Shown in pieces: positions 18,981-26,506 of a DNA stretch of 64,000 bases. The notes under the pieces are model-generated. The model worked only from the letters and a program-made list of their open reading frames with translations, ran no database searches and had not been told where the DNA came from. Numbering within the stretch: the first letter of the stretch is position 1; every line of letters begins with the position of its first letter. The stretch comes from Patescibacteria group bacterium (GTDB lineage: Bacteria > Patescibacteriota > Minisyncoccia > Phycocordibacterales > PALSA-1337), in the NCBI GenBank assembly GCA_024654575.1, contig JANLHG010000005.1:1260-65259 (forward strand), given 5' to 3'. The position numbers and the translations under genes were made by a program.

Positions 18981-19000
18981 CTCGTCCAACATGCGGAGTT
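18981..19000 (+). repeat. Degenerate tRNA-3'-end-like direct repeat, copy R2
   Basis: ctcgtccaacatgcggagtt, compared with the R1/tRNA segment TTCGAATCCAACCGCCGGAGCA. Confidence 0.45.
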
Positions 19001-19085
19001 AATCAAGATGATTCCCTTGCATTATTTGTAACTCTTATGTTATGATGTAAATATCACCACGAAAAAGCTCCTGTGAGGCTAGTCC

Positions 19086-19604
19086 TTACAGGGCCTTTTT
19101 CTTTATATGTGTGTATTCTATCTTGCTTTTAACTTCATTAAGAAATATAAGATATTTTTCTGAATTTGTATTGATTTTTTTAAGTAAAGCCGAATATCTT
19201 TTATGATCTGGTATTACTACTGCTTGAAGTTTTTTATTATCTCTAAGATACTCTGCTAAACAGTAAAAATCACCATCTCCAGATACAATAACGGCTTTGT
19301 TGTAATGAGGATATTCAATCATAGAATGGAGAACAAGCTCTGCATCACAATTTCCTTTCGTGGAGTTATCTTTATATATTAAAGTTGGTTTAAAAATAAC
19401 AATGTATCCATCTTCTTGAAGCTTTTTATACATTTGCTGATTACCTTCCACATAACCTATAAAGATATATGCTTTTTCAATTTTATATTTATCTTTCAGA
19501 TATATTCTGAATTTAGTAAAATCAATTTTCCACCCTTGATTTTTTATACCAAGATAAAGATTTTGACTGTCTATAAAAGCATAATTATTTTCTCCAGATG
19601 TCAT
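19086..19604 (-). CDS. NYN-domain (LabA-like) predicted ribonuclease
   Basis: The N-terminal part is YAFIDSQNLYLGI. It continues with …NCDAELVLHSM… and VIVSGDGDF, following the NYN/PIN-like acidic motif pattern. Confidence 0.75.
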   Translation of the reverse strand: MTSGENNYAFIDSQNLYLGIKNQGWKIDFTKFRIYLKDKYKIEKAYIFIGYVEGNQQMYKKLQEDGYIVIFKPTLIYKDNSTKGNCDAELVLHSMIEYPHYNKAVIVSGDGDFYCLAEYLRDNKKLQAVVIPDHKRYSALLKKINTNSEKYLIFLNEVKSKIEYTHIKKKAL

Positions 19605-19654
19605 ATTAAAATTAATATTACCATAGAATATGCAGTAAATTTAATTACAATAGG

Positions 19655-19680
19655 CTCTAACTTCGTTCAACATGCGGAGC
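19655..19680 (+). repeat. Degenerate tRNA-3'-end-like direct repeat, copy R3
   Basis: ctctaacttcgttcaacatgcggagc. Confidence 0.5.
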
Positions 19681-19989
19681 CAAGTAGGTTTACTAGCTAA
19701 ATCTAGTACCAAATTATATGGAGAAGCTATTGTAAAATATAGCTTTTTTCCGTTTACAGAAAGGTTCTGAATTAAATAATTCAAAAATACTTTTTTCTCG
19801 TGTGGTTTAGAACTTTCAAAGATTGACTTAGCACGGCGAGCAACTGAAATCACTGATGCTACAGTGTTTTGATAGTCATAATCTGCTTTTGTGTGTTCTT
19901 CAAGTTCAATGTTTAAGACTTGTATCTTGTCGTGATATAATGTCGGAATGAAAGGCTACGTTGCAGATTAAGAAAGGAGAAAAACCTCG

Positions 19990-20091
19990 ATGGCAGTGGG
20001 GACCACGTTAGGTAGTGATTTCATCAAAAAGTTGGAGCTCAGAAATCATTTAGATATTAACTATGATACAATGGATATATGGAATCATTAA
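19990..20091 (+). CDS. Candidate small ORF (33 aa) with a strong SD
   Basis: aaaggag lies 7 nt upstream of ATG. The product is MAVGTTLGSDFIKKLELRNHLDINYDTMDIWNH*. Not in the ORF track because of its length. Confidence 0.2.
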   Translation: MAVGTTLGSDFIKKLELRNHLDINYDTMDIWNH

Positions 20092-20330
20092 TAAAATTAG
20101 ATATTTTCTTTTTTATATCTTCTGTGGCAACAGTTATATTGACGATTTTAGTTTCCATTATCCTTTTTTATTTTATCAAAGCTGGAAAGAATCTCTATCT
20201 GCTTTCAGAAGAACTTAAGAATGATTTTAAGGGGTCGGAAGCGTTCGTCGTAGAGCTTAAGGAACGTTTGGAAGACAACATAGTTTTTCGACTTTTCTTT
20301 CCCCCATCTCGAAAAAAACGAAATCATTAA
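20079..20330 (+). CDS. Small membrane protein (83 aa)
   Basis: One TM helix (FFISSVATVILTILVSIILFYFI) and a charged tail. Confidence 0.35.
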   Translation: MESLIKLDIFFFISSVATVILTILVSIILFYFIKAGKNLYLLSEELKNDFKGSEAFVVELKERLEDNIVFRLFFPPSRKKRNH

Positions 20331-20352
20331 TAATTAATAACTTTTTAAAACA

Positions 20353-20694
20353 ATGCAAAAGAAAACAACAAAAATAAATTCCACTGCAATGGAATTAGGT
20401 ATCCTCGGTGCAAGTATTGCTGGTATAGCTGCTGCATATTTCTTCCTCGGTCCAAAAGGTAAAAAACACCAGAAACAAATGAAGGTATGGGCAATAAAAA
20501 TGAAAGCTGATGTTGTAGAAAAACTCGAAGAAGCTCGTGATATAAGCGAACCCATATTTCATCAAATCATTGACTCTATAGCGGAAGAATATGAACAAAA
20601 AGCGAAAATTGGTCGTGAAGAAATTCAGTTATTGGCGAAGGACTTAAAGAAACACTGGAAATTAATTAGTAAGGAAGCAGGTATTGATAAGTAA
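20353..20694 (+). CDS. YtxH-like (DUF948) membrane-anchored protein
   Basis: GILGASIAGIAAAYFFLGPKGKKHQKQMK follows the YtxH G-rich helix plus APKSGK-like motif. It ends in a charged coiled-coil tail. Confidence 0.5.
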   Translation: MQKKTTKINSTAMELGILGASIAGIAAAYFFLGPKGKKHQKQMKVWAIKMKADVVEKLEEARDISEPIFHQIIDSIAEEYEQKAKIGREEIQLLAKDLKKHWKLISKEAGIDK

Positions 20695-20770
20695 TATATA
20701 TGTACACATACAACTGGTACTCACAAATTATCAAACCATAATGTAAGTGCTATAACCCCTTACACACCCG

Positions 20771-20796
20771 CTCTAACTTCTTCCACCATGCGGAGC
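20771..20796 (+). repeat. Degenerate tRNA-3'-end-like direct repeat, copy R4 (with TTYGAACCTG tail motif about 45 nt downstream)
   Basis: ctctaacttcttccaccatgcggagc, then …ctaggtagggcgtttgaacctgtgg at about 20830-20850. Confidence 0.5.
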
Positions 20797-20903
20797 TGCA
20801 GAAAATAATACCAAAGTATAGGGGTTATTTTATACCATCTAGGTAGGGCGTTTGAACCTGTGGTATGATTTTGATATTAGAATTAGAATAGCACTACACA
20901 CAT

Positions 20904-21581
20904 ATGAAATTATTTTTAGGGGGTGGAGGAAGAAAAGAAGATTCGACAGAGCTAGACAAAAATTTTGTTGCTAATTTAGATTTATCTAAACCTCTTTTAT
21001 ATATTCCAATAGCTATAAATACTAACAAGTATCCATACTCCGGTTGTATAAATTGGCTTCGTGATATATTAAGCCCCTTAGGGGTAAAGAATATTGTAAT
21101 GTGGATTGAAGATGATTTAAAGAAAAAACAAGAGAAAGATTTTGAACAATTCTCAGGTGTCTATATAGGAGGTGGTAACACTTTCAAATTACTTAAAGAA
21201 TTAAAAGAATTTGGTACATTCGAAATATTGAAAAGATTAGCCAAAAAAGATGTTCCAATTTATGGCGGAAGTGCTGGTGCAATAATAATGGCAAAAACCA
21301 TCATACCAGCATTATCTGCAGATGAAAATAATGTTGGTTTAACTGATTATTCAGCAATGAATTTAGTAAAAGATTATGATATTTGGTGTCATTATTCAGA
21401 GTCGTTAGATACGATGATAAAAGATTATACGAATAAATATGGTTTAAATAAAATAGTAGCGATACCTGAAAAAGCTGGACTTTTTATTACAGAAAAATCT
21501 AAAATAGTGATAGGACCAGCGAATGTTTATATCATCGAACAAAATAGGAAAACTATTTTAAAACCTGGATCAAAATTTTAA
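20904..21581 (+). CDS. Peptidase S51 (dipeptidase E / alpha-aspartyl dipeptidase-like) family protein
   Basis: Contains the IYGGSAGAIIMAKTII (GxSAG) nucleophile-elbow motif in a class-I-GATase-like fold context. Length is 225 aa, similar to PepE. Confidence 0.65.
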   Translation: MKLFLGGGGRKEDSTELDKNFVANLDLSKPLLYIPIAINTNKYPYSGCINWLRDILSPLGVKNIVMWIEDDLKKKQEKDFEQFSGVYIGGGNTFKLLKELKEFGTFEILKRLAKKDVPIYGGSAGAIIMAKTIIPALSADENNVGLTDYSAMNLVKDYDIWCHYSESLDTMIKDYTNKYGLNKIVAIPEKAGLFITEKSKIVIGPANVYIIEQNRKTILKPGSKF

Positions 21582-21682
21582 GCTTGCTCATCTAAAATAT
21601 TTGTGGTACTTTTTGTTATAGATTTACTCATTGAAAATTAGGACAAAAAACATCAATCAAACCCGTAGAAAGGAATTTTACA

Positions 21683-21883
21683 ATGCAAAAACTAGCCAAG
21701 TTGGTTATCGGTGATACAGTCGCTTTAATCACTCCTGCTGGAATGCCACCAGAGAGATTTCGTCATTACATCCCTTTAATGGAAGAATATGTTCAAAAAG
21801 AGGGTTTTCGAACAAAAACATATCTTTCATCTGAACAATCATCAGACCAAGAGTTGGCGGAATTATTTTATTATATAGCTTGA
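21683..21883 (+). pseudogene. N-terminal fragment of an LD-carboxypeptidase (peptidase S66, LdcA/MccF-like); truncated at 66 aa
   Basis: LVIGDTVALITPAGMPPERF matches the S66 N-terminus (L.pGD.I.ivAPSs). The ORF ends long before the catalytic Ser/His region. Confidence 0.4.
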
Positions 21884-22068
21884 CATTTTTAGATGTAAAA
21901 TGATAAACTTTATCTATGAAATTTAGTGTTATAAACACATGGAATCGTAGAGGTAGCCGAATTATTCAGGCTACTTTTGAGTGTTTGTAATTTTCTCCTA
22001 GCGTATTATGAACTTTCTAAAGCGGCCTGAAGGTCGCTATTTTATTATCATATTAACCAAAAACTAGC

Positions 22069-22659
22069 ATGAGCAAAAACCTAAAAATAATTCCTGATTC
22101 AAAATTAGTTAAAATACCGATAAAAGATAACGGTGAACCTTTAGTTTATATAAATGATTTTGTTCCAAAAGTGGTAATCAAAATTCCTAAATACATCAAA
22201 GATGAGGGTGAGAAATTCATTAAACAATCTTCAAAGGTAAGAATCAGTGTTGCAAAAATGTTAAAAATTGCCCAAGAATTGCTTCCAGATCAATATAGAC
22301 TAAGAATAAGAAGTGGCTACAGGTCGTTAATGATTCAGAAAAAAGCTTATCAGAGAACGTTTAATAAAATGAGAAAAAATAATCCCAACTGGAGTTTAGA
22401 CAAACTAAAAGATGAAGTGAGTAAATTTGTTGCTCCTTTAGACATTGTTCCACCACATTCAACCGGCGGAGCTGTTGATATATCAATAATTGGACCAAAT
22501 GATAAACAGTTAGATATGGGGACAAGAATTGGACAAGATACTCGTTTGGAAAAAACCAGAACTGATTCTAATAAGATATCATCAATGGCCATAAAAAATA
22601 GAAAATTACTGGTGAAAATAATGTCTACAGCTGGATTCATAAATTATCCAACCGAATAG
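22069..22659 (+). CDS. D-Ala-D-Ala dipeptidase-like zinc peptidase (M15D, VanX/DdpX family)
   Basis: Contains SGYRS and HSTGGAVDISI (compare VanX SxHxxGxAxD) in a 196-aa protein. Confidence 0.65.
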   Translation: MSKNLKIIPDSKLVKIPIKDNGEPLVYINDFVPKVVIKIPKYIKDEGEKFIKQSSKVRISVAKMLKIAQELLPDQYRLRIRSGYRSLMIQKKAYQRTFNKMRKNNPNWSLDKLKDEVSKFVAPLDIVPPHSTGGAVDISIIGPNDKQLDMGTRIGQDTRLEKTRTDSNKISSMAIKNRKLLVKIMSTAGFINYPTE

Positions 22660-22743
22660 TGGCATTGGTCTTATGGTGACAGATATTGGGCTGCTAAATT
22701 AAAAAAAAGATACTCTATTTATAAAGGTATTTAAATTAAAAAC

Positions 22744-23439
22744 ATGAAAAATAAAACAATCGGGGTGCTTGGAGGAATGGGACCAGGAGCCTCAGCTAAT
22801 CTGTATATGGAGATTATTAAGTATTCTCAACAGAAATATGGTGCAATTCAGGATATTGATTATCCGCCCGTTATTATTTACAGCTTACCCTTGGAAGGTT
22901 TTGATGAAAAAGGAATTGCTAATGAGAAATTGGTTGAGAGCCAACTCATAGATGGGGTTAAAAAGTTAGAATCGGCAGGTTGTGATCTGATAATAATTGG
23001 TTGTAATACCGTTCATATTCTTTTCAATAAAATGCAAAAAGCTGTCAAAATTCCTATCCTAAATATCATCGAGGTGACAAAAAATAAAGTTATGAAGTTT
23101 GGCTATAAGAAGATCGGGTTATTTGCCTCAGAAAGCACAAGTAACTCCGGTCTATATCAAAATAATTTTAAGAAAGACGGAATTCAGGTCATTTCTCCAA
23201 ATAAAGATCAGCAGAAAATATTAAATAGAGTGATAGAACATGTAATGGGTGGTAATCAAAAAGCAGATGATATCATTCTTTTAAAAGATGTCGCTCGAGA
23301 TTATCTAAAACAAGGAGTCGAAGCGATCGTTATGGGCTGTACTGAAATCCCTCTAGCAATAAATCAGACTCATACAGATATTAAACTATTTAATACAATA
23401 GAAATAATTGTACAGTCAGCAGTAGATTTTTCTCTATAA
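22744..23439 (+). CDS. Aspartate racemase (Asp/Glu/hydantoin racemase superfamily)
   Basis: Contains the three racemase motifs GVLGGMGPGAS, IIGCNTVHILF and MGCTEIPLAI. Length is 231 aa. Confidence 0.8.
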   Translation: MKNKTIGVLGGMGPGASANLYMEIIKYSQQKYGAIQDIDYPPVIIYSLPLEGFDEKGIANEKLVESQLIDGVKKLESAGCDLIIIGCNTVHILFNKMQKAVKIPILNIIEVTKNKVMKFGYKKIGLFASESTSNSGLYQNNFKKDGIQVISPNKDQQKILNRVIEHVMGGNQKADDIILLKDVARDYLKQGVEAIVMGCTEIPLAINQTHTDIKLFNTIEIIVQSAVDFSL

Positions 23440-23444
23440 ACACA

Positions 23445-23478
23445 CCCTAACTTCTTCCACCATGTGGAGCAGTTGACA
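23445..23478 (+). repeat. Degenerate tRNA-3'-end-like direct repeat, copy R5, sharing the GGAGCAGTTGACAA extension with R1
   Basis: ccctaacttcttccaccatgtggagcagttgaca. Confidence 0.5.
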
Positions 23479-23501
23479 AAATCAATAAAAAGATATAATA
23501 T
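23473..23501 (+). promoter_or_regulatory. Promoter-like element inside R5 (TTGACA-17-TAATAT), oriented antisense to the NUDIX/AbiE genes
   Basis: The hexamers carry a 17-nt spacer. There is no plus-strand ORF downstream for about 2 kb. Confidence 0.3.
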
Positions 23502-23630
23502 CAACTCTAGAAATAAAGAAAGTGTTGCACTTTTTACTCGTATCAATTACCTCAAGACTATGCTTTATTCCAAAAAATTTCCTCCAGCATCGGAAGTTAT
23601 ACAAACCCTTGCTTGTTATTTACCCAACAT

Positions 23631-24080
23631 TTAAAAGTCAATAAAAATTTCTTTTATTTTTTTCTGAGTATCTTTTAGTTGTCCATCAAAAAGCAAATAA
23701 TCTTTTAATTGCATAAAGGGTACCCACTTATAAGCTCTCACCTCACCATCTTTTGGTTTAATTTCATTGTCATCACCAACAAAACGGAAACCAAAAAAGT
23801 ATCTTTTTGATCCTTCATAGTTCTGACCGTCGCGATTCATTTTAATAACCTTAAATTTGAACTTTATTGGATTACTACTCTGACCCACAAACTGAAGAGA
23901 TTTTTTTTCTATACTCAACTCTTCATGTATCTCTCGATATACTGCATTTTCTAAAGTTTCTTCTTGTTCAACTCCGCCACCAGGAATTGCAAAATACCTA
24001 TCTTCAAAAGATTCTAAATTCACTAAAAGAAACTCTTTGTCTTTATTAATAATAAGTGCTGAAACGCCTTTTCTGTACAT
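23631..24080 (-). CDS. NUDIX hydrolase
   Basis: Contains the NUDIX box GGGVEQEETLENAVYREIHEELSI (Gx5Ex7REUxEExGU). Confidence 0.8.
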   Translation of the reverse strand: MYRKGVSALIINKDKEFLLVNLESFEDRYFAIPGGGVEQEETLENAVYREIHEELSIEKKSLQFVGQSSNPIKFKFKVIKMNRDGQNYEGSKRYFFGFRFVGDDNEIKPKDGEVRAYKWVPFMQLKDYLLFDGQLKDTQKKIKEIFIDF

Positions 24081-24089
24081 AATATATAA

Positions 24090-24794
24090 TCATTTATTTA
24101 AATCTTCATTATCTTGCATGATTTTTAACAAAAAAATTGTATCGAATTTTAATTTTGCTCGTGCTGAATCTTTTTGTGGATCAGTCAATAACTCTCCAAG
24201 ACCATCCAAGATATGCTTGTTGTCCATTTTTTCTAACATCTCAACGCACTTTACTAAAGCATCCTTAAAAGACATACCCGACCTCTCTTCAACAATCTGA
24301 CGATTGATCGGCCAGTTATTTTTGGCAAAATAATGAATATCAAAAATATCTCGGCTTGTTTTTCCAATCCTTTCATACATAGCCATAAGCTTATGCGCAA
24401 ACATATCCTCTTGGACCATTACAAGCATTGAAATACCAAGTAAAGTTTTCACCTCATATTTTGACCCAAATTGTCTGCGACTTACTTCGACTTTTATATT
24501 CTGAGCTTTGGGATCGTAAGAAATAACATTTCTTAAATTAGATTTCTGTATGTATGAATCTGTAATTTTTCCATAATTACTTATAATCTCGTTTATCTTT
24601 TCAAAAACTTCGGTTTCTTTAGTTTCATCTAATAAATCAAAATCCAAATCTACAGAATTTCTTGGTAAATCATAAAACATCATAGCCGCTGTACCACCCT
24701 TGAAACCAAGATATGACGCGAGAGAAATATCTGAATAAATATCTTTCAAAATCTGAAGCATAATATTTTTATGTTTTGAATAATCTAATGTCAT
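24090..24794 (-). CDS. abiEii: AbiEii/AbiGii-family nucleotidyltransferase toxin (DUF1814; type IV TA / abortive infection)
   Basis: FKGGTAAMMFYDLPRNSVDLDFDLL is the Pol-beta-like NTase GG[ST] motif plus acidic dyad, characteristic of AbiEii. It overlaps the upstream partner by 4 bp. Confidence 0.8.
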   Translation of the reverse strand: MTLDYSKHKNIMLQILKDIYSDISLASYLGFKGGTAAMMFYDLPRNSVDLDFDLLDETKETEVFEKINEIISNYGKITDSYIQKSNLRNVISYDPKAQNIKVEVSRRQFGSKYEVKTLLGISMLVMVQEDMFAHKLMAMYERIGKTSRDIFDIHYFAKNNWPINRQIVEERSGMSFKDALVKCVEMLEKMDNKHILDGLGELLTDPQKDSARAKLKFDTIFLLKIMQDNEDLNK

Positions 24795-25375
24795 ATAGTT
24801 TTATAATATTCATTGACTTTTTTAACCATTCTTTTATTGTGATAAATCGGTAATATCTCAAATACTTTATCCCAATTCAAATTAGTTAAGTTGTCAAAAT
24901 GATAATCCTTGCTTACATATATTCTATCCAAAAAAGCACGCTCTCGTGTAGCAATTGCATAACCATCTTTATGTTCAATACCTAAAGTATTACTTAAAAC
25001 ATAATCCTTCATCCGAACAAAAGTAATTTTTTGTTCTCTAACTATAATTTCTCGATTAACATAAGAAGAAACGAAAATATTTCCGTAATATTGAAAATTT
25101 ATACCCTCTCTTGTTAAGACAGTTTCAAAACTAATATAGGCAGGAGTATAGATTCTAGTTGCTAATTCAAATCGATTATAGTTTTTATCCTTTGCATAAA
25201 AGCCACGATGCACTCGAATTAACTTTCCAGCCACGACATACTTGTTTAATCTTCCACTGACAGTTGATTTTTTCTCTTCACTCCATAATAAAGCCACATC
25301 TTTTGTGGAAAAGATTGTTTTTGACGATCTTAATAATACCTCTAAATATTCACCTTTTGTTGGTTTTTTGTCCAC
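24791..25375 (-). CDS. abiEi: AbiEi-family antitoxin / transcriptional regulator (wHTH plus C-terminal domain)
   Basis: The gene is 194 aa, lies immediately upstream of the AbiEii gene and overlaps it. A near-palindromic operator sits upstream. Size and organisation are canonical for AbiEi. Confidence 0.6.
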   Translation of the reverse strand: MDKKPTKGEYLEVLLRSSKTIFSTKDVALLWSEEKKSTVSGRLNKYVVAGKLIRVHRGFYAKDKNYNRFELATRIYTPAYISFETVLTREGINFQYYGNIFVSSYVNREIIVREQKITFVRMKDYVLSNTLGIEHKDGYAIATRERAFLDRIYVSKDYHFDNLTNLNWDKVFEILPIYHNKRMVKKVNEYYKTI

Positions 25376-25382
25376 TTTATTA

Positions 25383-25411
25383 CTGGAAGTTACCTTAAAA
25401 GTAATCTCCAG
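25383..25411 (-). promoter_or_regulatory. Near-perfect inverted repeat upstream of abiEi; candidate autoregulatory operator
   Basis: ctggaagttacc-ttaaaa-gtaatctccag is an 11-nt arm pair with 2 mismatches. It lies 8 nt upstream of the abiEi start. Confidence 0.5.
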
Positions 25412-25456
25412 TTCATATCTTAATACTTTTGGTAAATAAGTGCAAGTGATACGAGC

Positions 25457-25480
25457 GAGCTTCGTCCAACATACGGGAGC
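25457..25480 (+). repeat. Degenerate tRNA-3'-end-like direct repeat, copy R6 (with TTCGAACCTG tail motif)
   Basis: gagcttcgtccaacatacgggagc, then …ctaggacattcgaacctgc. Confidence 0.5.
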
Positions 25481-25547
25481 AGATAAAATATCTAGGACAT
25501 TCGAACCTGCTATAGAATTTTATATTTAAATATGGTATATTTTTGGC

Positions 25548-26003
25548 ATGGAAAATTGTGTTTTTTGTAAAATCGTAAGTGGCGAACTGCCTTGCTACAA
25601 AATATGGGAGGATGAAAAGCATTTAGCTTTTCTTTCCCGCAACCCCAACACGGAAGGTTTTTCAGTTGTCATAACCAAAGAGCACTATCCGAGCTATGCA
25701 TTCGATCTTCCTGATCAGGTTTTAACCGACCTTATTCTTGTAACAAAGAAAGTCGGAAAGTTGATTGATTCTAAACTTGATGATGTCGGAAGAACCGGCA
25801 TGATCTTTGAAGGATTCGGAGTTGACCATATCCATGCCAAACTTTTCCCAATGCATGGTACAAAAGATATGGGAGAGTGGAAGTCGATGAAATCCAATGT
25901 GGACAAGTATTTTGAAATCTACGAAGGATACATCTCTTCCCATGATTATAAACCCTCAACTAACGAAGAGCTTGCGAAAATTGCTTCTAAGTTCAAGCAG
26001 TAA
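25548..26003 (+). CDS. HIT-family (histidine triad-like) hydrolase
   Basis: The N-terminus is CVFCKIVSGELPCYKIWEDEKHLAFL. The HIT-like motif is VDHIHAKLFP. Confidence 0.55.
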   Translation: MENCVFCKIVSGELPCYKIWEDEKHLAFLSRNPNTEGFSVVITKEHYPSYAFDLPDQVLTDLILVTKKVGKLIDSKLDDVGRTGMIFEGFGVDHIHAKLFPMHGTKDMGEWKSMKSNVDKYFEIYEGYISSHDYKPSTNEELAKIASKFKQ

Positions 26004-26086
26004 TTTTTATAAAACCGAAAGTCAATCTAACGAGTAGGTTTTTTTATGGTATAATTTAGTAAATTCAAATAACATAAATAAAATAT

Positions 26087-26503
26087 ATGAAAATAGAAAA
26101 AATTGTTATGTTCTTACTTCGTTTGGTTATGAGTTTTACTTTTCTTTGGGCATTTTTTGATAAGGTCTTTGGTTTAGGTTTTGCTACTACCGCAGATAAG
26201 GCATGGATTAACGGAATATCACCAACTTATGGTTTTTTGAAATTTGCATCAAAAGGTCCATTCGTTGAAATATTTCATAATCTAGCCGGTGTAGTTTTAG
26301 TTGATTGGTTATTTATGCTTGGTCTTCTTTTTGTTGGTCTTGCTCTCATTTTCAACAGATTTATAAAATTAGGATGTCTTGCTGGAATTTTAATGATGGC
26401 ACTTATGTATCTAGCTTTGCTTTTCCCAATAAACAATCCTATTATTGATGAGCATATTGTTTATATTCTAGTTCTAGCCCTTATAGCTATCAAAAAAGAA
26501 TAA
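26087..26503 (+). CDS. DoxX-like small integral membrane protein
   Basis: A 138-aa protein with four predicted TM helices. Confidence 0.4.
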   Translation: MKIEKIVMFLLRLVMSFTFLWAFFDKVFGLGFATTADKAWINGISPTYGFLKFASKGPFVEIFHNLAGVVLVDWLFMLGLLFVGLALIFNRFIKLGCLAGILMMALMYLALLFPINNPIIDEHIVYILVLALIAIKKE

Positions 26504-26506
26504 GTT

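Noticed and set aside
19641-19853. Possibility that repeats R2-R4 are remnants of a protein C-terminus, because in reverse complement they read …LRML(N/D)EVRA…*
   Set aside because: Similarity between copies does not extend beyond the 25-nt repeat at the protein level; upstream residues are unrelated. The shared peptide follows from nucleotide identity of the repeat, which itself resembles the tRNA 3' end.
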